From Myxococcota bacterium (GTDB lineage: Bacteria > Myxococcota_A > SURF-8), in NCBI GenBank assembly GCA_963674735.2, contig CAXXQS010000001.1:1088001-1152000 (forward strand): a DNA stretch of 64,000 nucleotides, given 5' to 3'. A model generated the notes under the pieces. It saw nothing but the letters and a program-made list of their open reading frames with translations, did not search any database and was not told where the DNA came from. Position numbers and translations under genes: made by a program. Below are positions 18,032 to 28,734 of the stretch, piece by piece (positions within the stretch are counted from its first letter, which is position 1; each line of letters starts with the position of its first letter).

Positions 18032-19357
18032 TTAGGCGCGGAAGATTTTTTTGCGGTTCTTTTTCACATTCCGGGTTGCATTACGTGTATCGATTACCAG
18101 TGGCGCATGTTTGACGATGAAATCGTAGTCGTAATCCGAGTGGTCGGTGGAAATCAGGACCACGTCAACCGACGCAAGCTTTTTCTCCGTCAGCGGTTGG
18201 GATTTCATGTTGAATTTGTGTTTGCGCGTGGGTGCCAGTTTGGGGATATGCGGATCGTTGTATTCCACTTTGGCACCATGTTCGCGCAACAGGTCGATCA
18301 ACTCCAAGGTCGGCGATTCGCGCATGTCGTCCACGTCTTTTTTGTAGGCCGCTCCCAGAACGAGGACGGTCGAACCCTTGAGCGATTTACAATGTTCGTT
18401 TAGCGCTTCCAGTGTTTTGTGGATGACGTATTCCGGCATGCTGGTGTTGATTTCACCGGCCAGTTCGATAAAGCGCGTCGAGATTTTATACTCGCGGGCT
18501 TTCCACGTGAGATAGAAGGGATCGATCGGAATGCAGTGTCCCCCCAAACCGGGGCCCGGGTAGAACGGCATAAAGCCGAAGGGTTTGGTCGAGGCGGCAT
18601 CGATCACTTCCCAAATGTCGATGTTCATCCGATCACCGACCATTTTCAATTCATTGACCAACGCGATGTTGACCGAACGGAAGATGTTTTCGAGTAGCTT
18701 GGTCATTTCGGCTTCGCGACAGCCTTTGACCTTCACCACGTGGTCGATGACGTTTCCGTATAGAGCCGACGCGAGAAGACCGCATTGGCGGGTTAGACCC
18801 CCGACCACTTTGGGAATGGTGCGCGTGTTGAAACTGGGGTTGCCCGGATCTTCGCGTTCGGGTGAATAAGCGAGAAAGAAATCTTTTCCACACTTGAGTC
18901 CGCTTCCCTCTTCAAGGATCGGCAAGGTCAGTTCATCGGTCGTGCCGGGGTAAGTGGTGGATTCCAGCGAAATCAACTGGCCGGGGCGCAGGGTCTTTCG
19001 AATTTGCCGTGCCGTGTTCTCGACGAATGAGAGGTCGGGCTCACGATTCACGTTCAGCGGTGTGGGGACGCAGATAATCAGGGCGTCACATTCTTTGAGG
19101 CGGCGAAAGTCGGTTGTGGCCTCAAATTTATTGGAATCGTTGAGTGCTTTCAATCGGCTGGGCGAGATATGCTTGATGTAGCTCTTGCCCTTGGCCAGTG
19201 CTGTGATTTTGAATTCATCGAGATCGAACCCGATCACGGAGTAGCCTGCACGGTTGAATTCCAATACCAGTGGCAAACCGACATAGCCAAGTCCGATAAC
19301 GCCAACAATGGCACTACGAGATTCTATTTTTTCCATCAATGCTTTGTACATGGTCAT
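18032..19357 (-). CDS. Nucleotide-sugar dehydrogenase (UDP-GlcNAc 6-dehydrogenase, WbpA/WecC family)
   Basis: GLGYVGLP, ICVPTP, ESTTYPGTT, SPEREDPG, GGHCIPIDP, AYKKDVDDMRESP. Confidence 0.93.
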   Translation of the reverse strand: MTMYKALMEKIESRSAIVGVIGLGYVGLPLVLEFNRAGYSVIGFDLDEFKITALAKGKSYIKHISPSRLKALNDSNKFEATTDFRRLKECDALIICVPTPLNVNREPDLSFVENTARQIRKTLRPGQLISLESTTYPGTTDELTLPILEEGSGLKCGKDFFLAYSPEREDPGNPSFNTRTIPKVVGGLTRQCGLLASALYGNVIDHVVKVKGCREAEMTKLLENIFRSVNIALVNELKMVGDRMNIDIWEVIDAASTKPFGFMPFYPGPGLGGHCIPIDPFYLTWKAREYKISTRFIELAGEINTSMPEYVIHKTLEALNEHCKSLKGSTVLVLGAAYKKDVDDMRESPTLELIDLLREHGAKVEYNDPHIPKLAPTRKHKFNMKSQPLTEKKLASVDVVLISTDHSDYDYDFIVKHAPLVIDTRNATRNVKKNRKKIFRA

Positions 19358-19599
19358 CCCCTCGGTAAATCTATCTAATCAACGCGACACAATACTCGAG
19401 AGCCGGGAAAAAGTCAACAATACAGACTGCTTGGGCGCAGAATTACAGATAGACCCGAGGTGAAAGAGTTTCTGCTGTTGCTTAGGCTCCCCAATCAACT
19501 TCAAGATTAGGCTGGAATTGACATCTCCGTTAGGTTCAGGTTAACTGACAAGAGATAACGCGTTTATTACAATGTCAAATTTAAATCTGGAGGATTGCC

Positions 19600-21225
19600 A
19601 TGTCGCGGATGCCGCTTGTGTGGCTGTTCGTTTCTGTCATTACAGTCGTTTGTCTTTCGGGATGTCGCGATAATGATGAAGACGATAATTCCGTTTTGGA
19701 GTGTAATCCTGCCTGTGAAGCCGGAACTGTTTGTGAAGCGGGAGAGTGTGTCGCACTGGGGGGAGACGGAGATAAGCAAGAGGCCGATGTCGAGGTTGAT
19801 GGTTTCATCGATGGCGATACGGATGAAGAGGTGATTGTCGAATTACCTTTGCCGTTCATCGTGGACGAGCAGGGAAGGGCAATGATTTTACACGGAGTCA
19901 ACGTCGATTACGGCGTAAAGGGAAATCCGGCACAGCTACCGGTTATTCCGGAGGATGAACCGATTCGTTTGTCCCGTGACCTGGGGTTCAATCTCGTGCG
20001 CTTGTTGCTGGTGTGGGAGGGCGTGGAGCCCGAACCGGGCGAGATCGACCAGAGCTACCTTGACCAGATTGAAACACGGGTCGACCAGTTCGCTGCGGCG
20101 GGGATGAATGTGGTGCTCGATATGCACCAGGATGTCTATGCACGTCGCTTTTGTTGTGACGGGGCTCCCGAATGGGCGATTCGGGATGATGGAGAGTCAT
20201 TTGCTATCCAGCCACAATGGTTTCTCAATTATTTCCAGCCGGCCGTCGTGCGCGCGTTCGATAACTTCTGGGCTTACGACCAAGGTGAACATCAAGATTT
20301 GCAGGATCATTACGCGAATATGTGGAAAGCGGTCGTCGAGCGCTTCAAAGACCATCCTGCCGTGTTGGGTTACGATCTGATGAACGAGCCCCATCCCGGA
20401 TCGGATTTCGATGCCGGGGAGGCTTTAGGGCTGGGTGCGGCTGAAGATAGTCCGTCTCCGGCATTCGACCGTGACAAGTTACAGCCTTTCTATCAGAGAA
20501 TCATCAATGTCATCCGGCAAGTGGATGAAGAAGGGTGGATATTCTTCGAAACGCGATATGGTGCGCCGGGGAATGGAAGTCCATCTTTCATAGAGGGATT
20601 GGTAGATCCTCGATCGGGTGCACCCCGGCTGGCGTACTTTCCACACTTGTATTCCGTTAGCCTTGAAAACAACCAAAGCTATAACCCGGAAGTCGATAAA
20701 ACCATCGAAAACTGGGAAACGAATCGAGCCTTGGAGGTGGACCGAGAAAACTGGCCACTTTTAATCGGCGAATGGGGGTTGGATCCGGCTTGGGAGAAAA
20801 GCGCTTTATTTACGAGCAAGCTATTGGCGATGGCCGACCGGCGGATGGCTGGCTGGGCGTACTGGTCATGGGATCCGGGCGGTTGGAGCTTTCTCGATTC
20901 GGATTTCACGGAAAGAGACTGGGCGGGGATGTTGGCGCGGGTTTATCCCCAGAAGATTTCGGGTCGTCCCGAGTTCTTTAGCTTTGATCCGGACGCTCGC
21001 CTGTTTAGCTTGACCTATTCGGATCGCGAAGGTGTCAGTGGCGCAACGGAAATCTACATTCCGGCGAGTCGCCATTACCCGGAAGGGTGGACGCTCGAAG
21101 TGTCGGATCCCGATGGAAGCTGGAGTATGGAATGGGATGCCGAGCTGGAAATCGTCCGTGTCACGACGACGCCTGATAGCGATGGGCACACCTTGACGAT
21201 TCGCCCATCGCAGAATTCTGACTAG
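19600..21225 (+). CDS. Lipoprotein glycoside hydrolase family 5, endoglycoceramidase-like
   Basis: Lipobox LSG-C; LHGVN, WEGVEP, LDMHQD, YDLMNEP (acid/base), IGEWG (nucleophile), RVYPQKISG C-terminal domain. Confidence 0.88.
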   Translation: MSRMPLVWLFVSVITVVCLSGCRDNDEDDNSVLECNPACEAGTVCEAGECVALGGDGDKQEADVEVDGFIDGDTDEEVIVELPLPFIVDEQGRAMILHGVNVDYGVKGNPAQLPVIPEDEPIRLSRDLGFNLVRLLLVWEGVEPEPGEIDQSYLDQIETRVDQFAAAGMNVVLDMHQDVYARRFCCDGAPEWAIRDDGESFAIQPQWFLNYFQPAVVRAFDNFWAYDQGEHQDLQDHYANMWKAVVERFKDHPAVLGYDLMNEPHPGSDFDAGEALGLGAAEDSPSPAFDRDKLQPFYQRIINVIRQVDEEGWIFFETRYGAPGNGSPSFIEGLVDPRSGAPRLAYFPHLYSVSLENNQSYNPEVDKTIENWETNRALEVDRENWPLLIGEWGLDPAWEKSALFTSKLLAMADRRMAGWAYWSWDPGGWSFLDSDFTERDWAGMLARVYPQKISGRPEFFSFDPDARLFSLTYSDREGVSGATEIYIPASRHYPEGWTLEVSDPDGSWSMEWDAELEIVRVTTTPDSDGHTLTIRPSQNSD

Positions 21226-21415
21226 ATCGCAGATTACAGAAATGACTGTTGATGGCTATTTGAGCCGGTGTAACGGTTCTTATATTCGAAGTGGCACAAC
21301 TTGCGTCCATTCCGACCGTTTGGCTGGTGCAAATCCTTGGAAGAAAACGGGGGGCTGCCGTTCTCTATTAAAAACCACATGGGGATGGATGGTGTGACCG
21401 AAAGGAAGCACGTAA

Positions 21416-22420
21416 ATGACAACCCCCAAGCTGGCGCTGGTTTTGCTCGGCGTGGTGATCGTTGCCGTGATTATGGCCCTAACGATTTCGGGAGGAAAAG
21501 CGGAGGAAAGCATGCGAGCCCCGGTGATTCCTGCTCATGATAAGGAGAAACTCGATATGCGGGATGCACGTCTGACCGACATGGAGAAGCATGTCATTTT
21601 GAATAAGGGAACCGAGAGACCGTTTTCGGGCAAATATGTCGACCACCACGCTGAAGGCTATTACACATGCAAACGTTGCGGCGCCAGACTCTTCGAGTCG
21701 CAATCCAAGTTTGATTCCCAGTGCGGCTGGCCAAGCTTCGATGAAAATCTGCCGGGAGCGGTCGAGCGCATTCCCGATGCGGATGGGATGAGAACGGAAA
21801 TCGTGTGCGCGGCTTGCAAAGCCCATCTGGGGCATGTGTTCGAAGGCGAACACTTCACCGAGAAAAACACGCGCCACTGTGTGAACTCCATCTCCTTGAA
21901 CTTTACTTCGGCGGATCAGGTGGATTCGGCCAAGGCGGAAGCGTATTTCGCGGGAGGCTGTTTCTGGGGGGTTGAGTACTACATGGAGGAAGCTCCGGGT
22001 GTATTGGATGTCAGCTCAGGCTATATGGGAGGGCAAGTCGAAAATCCCAGTTACGAGCAGGTTTGCTCAGGTCGCACGGGTCATGCGGAAGCGGTCCGGG
22101 TGGTTTACGACCCCTCAAAAATTTCATATGAGGATTTGGCTCGTCTATTCTTTGAAATCCACGATCCCACACAAGTGAATCGACAGGGACCGGACATCGG
22201 AGAACAGTACCGGTCGGCGATTTACGTGAAATCGGACGAAGAACGGGAGATTGTCAGTCGCTTGATTGACGAATTAAAAGAATCCGGCTTTGCGGTTTCA
22301 ACGAAACTGGAAATGGCTGGTCCTTTTTACCCGGCAGAGGAATACCACCAGAATTACTACGAAAAAACGGGAAAGCAACCTTATTGTCACCGCCGAGTTA
22401 CACGTTTTAAAAGGAAATAA
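21416..22420 (+). CDS. msrAB: Bifunctional methionine sulfoxide reductase MsrB-MsrA with N-terminal signal/TM
   Basis: GTERPF, CGWPSF, RHCVNS (MsrB); AGGCFWGVE, GHAEAV, AEEYHQNY (MsrA). Confidence 0.95.
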   Translation: MTTPKLALVLLGVVIVAVIMALTISGGKAEESMRAPVIPAHDKEKLDMRDARLTDMEKHVILNKGTERPFSGKYVDHHAEGYYTCKRCGARLFESQSKFDSQCGWPSFDENLPGAVERIPDADGMRTEIVCAACKAHLGHVFEGEHFTEKNTRHCVNSISLNFTSADQVDSAKAEAYFAGGCFWGVEYYMEEAPGVLDVSSGYMGGQVENPSYEQVCSGRTGHAEAVRVVYDPSKISYEDLARLFFEIHDPTQVNRQGPDIGEQYRSAIYVKSDEEREIVSRLIDELKESGFAVSTKLEMAGPFYPAEEYHQNYYEKTGKQPYCHRRVTRFKRK

Positions 22421-22431
22421 TGGAAAGGAAA

Positions 22432-22466
22432 AAGGCCGAACCGTTCTGTTGAGACGATTCGGCCTT
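22432..22466. terminator. Hairpin terminator between convergent genes
   Basis: AAGGCCGAA...TTCGGCCTT. Confidence 0.6.
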
Positions 22467-22488
22467 GAGATTATGAGTTGTCGGCTGC

Positions 22489-24564
22489 CTACTTGTCGGA
22501 TTTCAGTCGTTCTTTCGCTTCCGCCAATACTTTTTCCTGCATGGATGCAGGCATTGCGGAGTAATGTTTCAGCTCCATCGAGTAGTTGGCTCGACCCGAA
22601 GATAACGAACGAATATCGGTGGCGTACCCGAATAGCTCCATCAAGGGTGCTTCGGCGCTGATTTTCTGGCTGCCCTTCCGGTAACGGCGCATGTTATGGA
22701 TTTTGCCTCTGCGCCGATTCAGATCCCCGACCAGATCGCCGATGAAGTCGTCCGGCGTCGCGATTTCCATCAACATGATGGGTTCGAGAATCTGCGGTGC
22801 GGCCTTTCTGAAGGCTTCCTTGAAGCAAATCGAGGCGCAGGTTTTAAATGCCAAATCGGAACTGTCCACTGCGTGGGCGCTTCCGTCCAACAGCGTTACC
22901 TTGACATCCACCAGCTGGTAATCGGCCAGTACACCTTTGGTGAGGGTTTCCTCAATTCCTTTTCTGACAGCCGGGATGAACTCCGAGGGGATGTCTCCGC
23001 CCGTGACGGCATTGACGAATTCGAAACCGCCACCGGGGTTGGGTTCCAGTTGCATGATGGTATGCGCATACTGTCCTTTACCGCCGCTCTGCTTGACATA
23101 TTTGTAGTCGTGGCGACAGGGGATAGACACGGTTTCTCTGTATTCGACGGAGGGCTGTCCCACTTCAGTGATCACGCCGAAATCTGTTTTCAAGCGATCC
23201 ACGATGATCTCAAGGTGTAGTTCGCCCATTCCGGCGATGACGGTTTCGTTGGTGCGCTCGACCTGACGAACGGTGAAGGAAGGATCTTCCAAGCCAATAT
23301 GTCGCAAGGCTTTGAACAATTTTTCTTCATCTTTGCGGTTTTCGGTCGAGACCTTGACGCTGATGACCGGCTCCGGTACGCGTACGGACTCAAGCAGTAG
23401 GGGAGCGTTGACGTCGCAGATGGTATGACCGGTCAGAGTTGTTTTCAACCCGATCAAGGCTACGATATCTCCGGGGCCGACCTCTTGCACTTCGACGCGA
23501 TCTTTAGCCTGGATGCGCAAAATACGGCTGATGCGGACTTTTTTTCCGGTCGTCGTATTCAAAACGGTGTCGCCGGTTTTGAGGATACCCGAATAGGTGC
23601 GAACAAAGGTCTGCTGGCCGACGTAGGGATCGTGGATAACCTTGAAAGCGAGTGCACAGAATGGATCCGTCGCAGTCGGATGGCGAGTGAGTAAGGTTTC
23701 GGGGTTGTCGATGTCGTGTCCGGATGTCGCACCTCGATTGAGCGGGCTCGGCATATAATCGACAACGGCATTTAGAAGGAGCTGGATCCCGATGTTTTTG
23801 TAGGCCGCACCGCAGAAAACAGGTGTAATCAGCGAGCGAAGAACACAGAAGCGTGTTACGTCACGAATCATCTTCTCCGAAACAGGCTGATCGTCCAAAT
23901 ACAATTCCGCCAGGTCATCGTCGAATTCGGCCAACCGCTCAAGCAGAGCCGCACGCAACTTTTCAGCCTGGTTTTGACAGTCGGCAGGAATGTCTTTGTA
24001 AACGAGTGTCTTATCCTGTACTTCGACCATTTTCATGGTGATAAGATCGATGACCCCTTTGAAGGTGTCGCCTTCACCCACCGGCAACTGATAGGGAATG
24101 GCTTCTGCATTGAGCCTGTCGTTCATTTGGGCGATGACATCTTGATAGTCCGCCCCCGCTCGATCCATTTTATTGATAAAGGCGAGGCGCGGCACCATAT
24201 ACCGATCGGCTTGGCCCCAAACGGTCTCGCTTTGAGCTTCGACTCCGCCAACGGCGCAGAAGACCGCCACGATGCCGTCCAGTACACGCATGGAGCGTTC
24301 GACTTCAATCGTGAAGTCAACGTGACCGGGGGTGTCGATGATGTTGATTTTGTGGTCGTTCCACTCACAGCTGATCGCAGCGGAGGCGATCGTGATGCCC
24401 CGTTCCTGCTCTTGCTTCATGAAATCCATCGTCGCCATACCGTCATGGACTTCACCGATTTTGCGGTTAACTCCAGTAAAAAAGAGAATACGTTCGGTGA
24501 CGGTGGTTTTTCCGGCGTCGATGTGAGCGGCGATTCCGATATTACGTGACTTCTTGATACCCAT
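22489..24564 (-). CDS. fusA: Elongation factor G (stand-alone paralog)
   Basis: [49 protein letters not shown]; not beside rpsL/rpsG/tuf. Confidence 0.93.
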   Translation of the reverse strand: MGIKKSRNIGIAAHIDAGKTTVTERILFFTGVNRKIGEVHDGMATMDFMKQEQERGITIASAAISCEWNDHKINIIDTPGHVDFTIEVERSMRVLDGIVAVFCAVGGVEAQSETVWGQADRYMVPRLAFINKMDRAGADYQDVIAQMNDRLNAEAIPYQLPVGEGDTFKGVIDLITMKMVEVQDKTLVYKDIPADCQNQAEKLRAALLERLAEFDDDLAELYLDDQPVSEKMIRDVTRFCVLRSLITPVFCGAAYKNIGIQLLLNAVVDYMPSPLNRGATSGHDIDNPETLLTRHPTATDPFCALAFKVIHDPYVGQQTFVRTYSGILKTGDTVLNTTTGKKVRISRILRIQAKDRVEVQEVGPGDIVALIGLKTTLTGHTICDVNAPLLLESVRVPEPVISVKVSTENRKDEEKLFKALRHIGLEDPSFTVRQVERTNETVIAGMGELHLEIIVDRLKTDFGVITEVGQPSVEYRETVSIPCRHDYKYVKQSGGKGQYAHTIMQLEPNPGGGFEFVNAVTGGDIPSEFIPAVRKGIEETLTKGVLADYQLVDVKVTLLDGSAHAVDSSDLAFKTCASICFKEAFRKAAPQILEPIMLMEIATPDDFIGDLVGDLNRRRGKIHNMRRYRKGSQKISAEAPLMELFGYATDIRSLSSGRANYSMELKHYSAMPASMQEKVLAEAKERLKSDK

Positions 24565-25136
24565 AACGTTCTATTTCCAAGCAAAAATGTTAAGGCCGCG
24601 CACTCTAGCGGAAAACATCTGCAAAGTAAAGAAAGGAAAACATGAAATGTCACTTTTATTCAGATTTCTTTCCAATCCGATGAACAAGTGCAAATAGTCT
24701 GGAAAAAGAGGTCTGTTTGGTTCTCAATTCAAAGCAAAAGAAGCGATTTCATCTAATAATGGACTTCCATTCGACGTAAACATATTAATATTAAAAAAAA
24801 ACATGAAAAAGAAATCCGTTTTACCCCCACCTTTTTTAAGGCGGACCCCAAAATTATGAAAAAATTTACTTGAGAAACAGGTGGAAATAGTATTCAATAA
24901 AGAGAGTGTTTGAGTCGTAATTGGTTGGTTGGACTGTTTCATATCCCGTGCGGTTGTGGTGCTTAAGTAGAACGACATCATGATCCAAGCCTTTTGAGTG
25001 AGTTTAACAAGCTGGTGTGCCGGGCAGTTGAGGTCGCTGGTGAAAATACCTTCCCAGAAAAAAATGACTTTGCTTTTTCGCATTCTCAGGATTCGGGAAT
25101 GTCTTGCCTCCGGAATGTAACTCGTTGTAATTGGTG

Positions 25137-25283
25137 ATGGAAAAACGTAAAAAGGGTTTTATCGTTTTAATAGGGTTCCTTTTCGTGAATATTCCGCTTT
25201 CGATTGTGGGTATCTACGCGGAACATTACTATAAACGCTGTCTAAAAGTGTCTGTGACTCTCGTTGCAATAAGTAAAGGTTAG
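25137..25283 (+). CDS. Possible 48-aa membrane peptide
   Basis: Hand translation MEKRKKGFIVLIGFLFVNIPLSIVGIYAEHYYKRCLKVSVTLVAISKG; ends 8 nt before the next ORF; weak RBS. Confidence 0.25.
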   Translation: MEKRKKGFIVLIGFLFVNIPLSIVGIYAEHYYKRCLKVSVTLVAISKG

Positions 25284-25291
25284 GTGTTATC

Positions 25292-27070
25292 GTGTCGCAG
25301 AAAAAAAGAAATAAAAACAACGCAGGCGGCAACAAGCCGCATCCCGGATCAAAATGGGGAGGGGCTCGGGCTCAAGTTCCCGCCCAAGCGGATCGGATCG
25401 AACGCTTGGTTGATCGGGATGCCTATGGAATTGAATACGATAACGTAATACCTCTTGCCAGGCTAAAGTATTTATTCATGATTGGTATTCCCATCGTCGT
25501 TCTATCGGGGATCATGATAGGGCTGTCTATTGCCCATTTGCTGGGGAAGACCAATAACAACACAAACACCGCCATGGCGGCCAGTGTGTTGCAGACCAAC
25601 ACTCCCCATACATTATCGCAAACTGCGGGCAAAATAAATTCAGAGATTGAAACAAATCCCAAGCCTGATAGCAACACCACGGTGCGATCGAATGTCCGCA
25701 ACGGATCGGTTCCTTCTATCGAGCGCACCGTTTCCATGGCGCAAGCAACCAACTCTTCTGACGGTCTTTTCGGTAACTCAGAGACACCTTCGGCCGCCGT
25801 TCCCAAATCTTTCGCCCCAAACTGGCCCTGCAAGTCGAATTTTCAATGCTCTACGGAGCAGTATTGCAATTTTTCCAATGGTATCTGCCAAGTGGAAGTT
25901 CCGTTGTTTGAAGAAACGTCTGAACCGAGAATGTTATCGGTCTCTCCTCTGGATGCCGCTCCGGGTGATGTGGTTATCATCGATGGAGTTAACTTGCATA
26001 TCGAGGAACACCGGCGTGATCGCTATTGGGTCAATGGCGGATGGAAAATTGATGAGCAATTCCTCATGCACACGGTTATCAGTGTCGGAGGCGTCGATAT
26101 CCCCCAATCTTATTGGGGAGACCCGTTTCCGGAGCGCTTGACTTTTGCATTACCCGAAGGGCGTCAGGGATTGGTTGCCGTCACACACAATGATTCCGGT
26201 TTTTCATTTCAGTCCAACCATAAAATACGCTCGGTGGGCTCTAAGGGGGCAATGGTTGCCTGTGGACTATCCAATCCTCCCGCAACCGGCCTGAAGGCGG
26301 CCAAACCATACGAAATCGGCCCTTATGGCGCCGGCTTCAAAGACGTTCATGTGCCGTTTCCGTTAACGAGAATTTACTATCCTGCGCTATGCGGAGGCGT
26401 TCGTACGCCTCCTGCAAAAGGGCATTTTCCAATCGCCGTCATGTTGTCGGGAAACGGGTCGACCCCCTACAATTATGAGTTTCTCGGGAAATACTTGGCA
26501 TCCTGGGGATTTGTCGTTATTAACCCGAGTACCCGTGATCCCCAAGAGCTTAAGCGCCTTTACACCCGTCATATTATTTCCGCAAACACTTGGCTGCCTT
26601 TCCTGAAGGGTAGAGTCGATGCGTCTCAAGTTGTGTTGATCGGGCATTCCCGCGGCTGTGAACGTGCTCAGAACCTAGTTGCCAAAGACGATAAACGGAT
26701 AAAGGGATTCGTATATATGGGACCGTTTAATCCCACCCAGACTTTGGGGAAAACCGTTTTGTTCATCGCTGCTGAATACGATATGCAGGGAAAAGCCCCC
26801 AACGTCAGGCACCTTTGGGATCGCCAGATATCCCCTCGATATTATATCAATATAAAAGGTGGAAATCACAGCCAATTTACAGACTCACGGCATTGGGATC
26901 TTGTTCCGGAAGATGATGGAAAACCTCTGATTTCAAGGAACCAACAGCAAGAAATTACCCAGACATACATTTTAACATTCCTCCAAAGCGCTATGGGACA
27001 GCAGGAATTATTTCCCTTTGTTCTTCAGGGGCAGTATACTCCCGACGAAGTTATCTTCGAGTCGAGGTGA
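25292..27070 (+). CDS. Membrane-anchored protein: Cys-rich motif, IPT/TIG-like domain, alpha/beta hydrolase (chlorophyllase/cutinase-like)
   Basis: One TM near aa 60-84; CKSNFQCSTEQYCNFSNGIC; SVSPLDAAPGDVVIIDGVNL; YLASWGFVV, GHSRG, AEYD, GGNHSQF triad. Confidence 0.75.
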   Translation: MSQKKRNKNNAGGNKPHPGSKWGGARAQVPAQADRIERLVDRDAYGIEYDNVIPLARLKYLFMIGIPIVVLSGIMIGLSIAHLLGKTNNNTNTAMAASVLQTNTPHTLSQTAGKINSEIETNPKPDSNTTVRSNVRNGSVPSIERTVSMAQATNSSDGLFGNSETPSAAVPKSFAPNWPCKSNFQCSTEQYCNFSNGICQVEVPLFEETSEPRMLSVSPLDAAPGDVVIIDGVNLHIEEHRRDRYWVNGGWKIDEQFLMHTVISVGGVDIPQSYWGDPFPERLTFALPEGRQGLVAVTHNDSGFSFQSNHKIRSVGSKGAMVACGLSNPPATGLKAAKPYEIGPYGAGFKDVHVPFPLTRIYYPALCGGVRTPPAKGHFPIAVMLSGNGSTPYNYEFLGKYLASWGFVVINPSTRDPQELKRLYTRHIISANTWLPFLKGRVDASQVVLIGHSRGCERAQNLVAKDDKRIKGFVYMGPFNPTQTLGKTVLFIAAEYDMQGKAPNVRHLWDRQISPRYYINIKGGNHSQFTDSRHWDLVPEDDGKPLISRNQQQEITQTYILTFLQSAMGQQELFPFVLQGQYTPDEVIFESR

Positions 27071-27094
27071 CTTCGGCCTCTGGAGGAAAAATAC

Positions 27095-28288
27095 ATGGTG
27101 GGAACGGAAATCCTGGCGATCGTTTCAGCTGGGATGGTCAGTCTGGGGCTGTTTGAGAACTGGCTACACAGAAGGCGGCTGCGGAAGATTCCCAACCGAG
27201 TTCATGTGGCTGGAACTCGTGGAAAGTCTAGTGTTACCAGGCTGATTGCAGCTGGCATGAACGGCGCGAATATCCCAACAGTAGCAAAGACGACGGGTAC
27301 GACAGCTCGCATGATCTTCCCGAATGGACGCGAAGTCCCGGTCTATCGTCCCGCCGGTGCCAACATTATCGAACAGAAACGCATTGTTTCGGCTGCTGCG
27401 GGTGTAAAGGCTGAAGGCTTGGTAATGGAATGTATGGCGCTTCAGCCGATGCTGCATTATGTGGCCGAGCGCTACTTTGTTCGAGCTACTCATGGTGTGA
27501 TTTCCAATGTCAGAGCCGACCATCTGGATGTTATGGGTCCGGGAGAGGACGACGTCGCCAGAGCCCTGGCGGGTATGATTCCGCCGAAAGGTGTTTTGTA
27601 TACGGCCGAGCAGCGTCACTTGCATATCTTGGCCGACGTTGCCAAAGATCGTCAAACCCGATTGGTATCCATTGACGAACATGATATCGAATCCGTCAGC
27701 GACGATGATATGGCGGGGTTCTCTTATGCCGAGCACAAAGAGAATGTGGCATTGGCTCTGAGAATTCTTGCCGATTTCAATATTGATCGTCAAACGGCTT
27801 TGCAGGGGATGTGGAAGGTCAAACCCGATCCGGGAGCTTTATCCGAGCATATTTTGGATTACTTCGGCCGTCGAATCATTTTCGTCAACGGATTTGCAGC
27901 GAACGATCCGGAGTCGACGGAGCGTATTTGGCACTGGGCGGTCGAGAAATATTCGGATGTGGATAAGGTGGTCGGTGTGTTCAACTTACGATCCGACCGC
28001 CCGTCACGAACCCAGCAGTTGGTCCGCGATGTCGATTTCTGGAAAGAGGCGGACCGAATTGTGTTGATGGGCACCGGTTCTTATTTGTTTGCCAAGCTGG
28101 CTACGGGCCTTGGAGTCGATCTTGCGCATTTCTTCATTTCGGAAGGAACGCGTACGGAAGACATATTCGAAACGATATTGGGCGCTTGTGGCAAGACTAC
28201 ATTAGTGGTTGGAATGGGGAACATCGGCGGACATGGTCTCGATTTAGTCCGCTACTTCAGAAATCGTGCGATTCCGGAGAATTCCTGA
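27095..28288 (+). CDS. pgsB: Poly-gamma-glutamate synthase PgsB/CapB
   Basis: HVAGTRGKSSVTRLI, AKTTGT, ANIIEQ, ECMALQP, NVRADHLDVMGP, NGFAANDPEST. Confidence 0.95.
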   Translation: MVGTEILAIVSAGMVSLGLFENWLHRRRLRKIPNRVHVAGTRGKSSVTRLIAAGMNGANIPTVAKTTGTTARMIFPNGREVPVYRPAGANIIEQKRIVSAAAGVKAEGLVMECMALQPMLHYVAERYFVRATHGVISNVRADHLDVMGPGEDDVARALAGMIPPKGVLYTAEQRHLHILADVAKDRQTRLVSIDEHDIESVSDDDMAGFSYAEHKENVALALRILADFNIDRQTALQGMWKVKPDPGALSEHILDYFGRRIIFVNGFAANDPESTERIWHWAVEKYSDVDKVVGVFNLRSDRPSRTQQLVRDVDFWKEADRIVLMGTGSYLFAKLATGLGVDLAHFFISEGTRTEDIFETILGACGKTTLVVGMGNIGGHGLDLVRYFRNRAIPENS

Positions 28289-28734
28289 TGTTTGAATTGC
28301 TACCGTTGTCTGTCGGGATAGGATTGGGGGTGGGACTGCTGTTTACCGAACTCTTCGGTTTGGCAACAGGCGGTCTGATCGTTCCGGGGTATATGGCTTT
28401 GGCCTTGCACCGACCTTACGATATTTTGGTGACGCTTGTTGCCGCGTTCGCGACTTTTGCCATCGTCCGTGCGCTTTCCATGTTTTTAATCGTTTTTGGA
28501 CGACGCCGAACGGCACTGATGATTCTCGTCGGCTATATGATCGGCATGATTGTGAACGAATGGCCAGGGCTGCTTCAGGTCGATTACGACGTGATCGGCT
28601 TCATCATTCCGGGATTGATTGCCATATGGATGGACAGACAGGGGATTATGCAAACCCTGGCTTCCCTTACTATCGTTTCAATCGTGGTCCGGCTCATCCT
28701 GATTCTTGCGGTAGGTCAGGAGGCGCTGTCATGA
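28288..28734 (+). CDS. pgsC: Poly-gamma-glutamate biosynthesis protein PgsC/CapC
   Basis: GGLIVPGYMAL, FGRRR, IGFIIPGLIA; start overlaps the pgsB stop. Confidence 0.93.
   Translation: MFELLPLSVGIGLGVGLLFTELFGLATGGLIVPGYMALALHRPYDILVTLVAAFATFAIVRALSMFLIVFGRRRTALMILVGYMIGMIVNEWPGLLQVDYDVIGFIIPGLIAIWMDRQGIMQTLASLTIVSIVVRLILILAVGQEALS

Noticed and set aside
17245-19357. Two nucleotide-sugar genes as a full polysaccharide locus
   Set aside because: No glycosyltransferase, flippase or polymerase adjacent; only a precursor pair.
21290-21305. Sigma54-like TGGCAC..TTGC upstream of msrAB (similar at about 5287)
   Set aside because: GG-to-GC spacing is 8-9 nt rather than the required 10.
24724-25083. 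119-aa minus-strand ORF in the AT-rich gap
   Set aside because: Phe/Lys-rich low-complexity translation of homopolymer runs; no RBS or motif.
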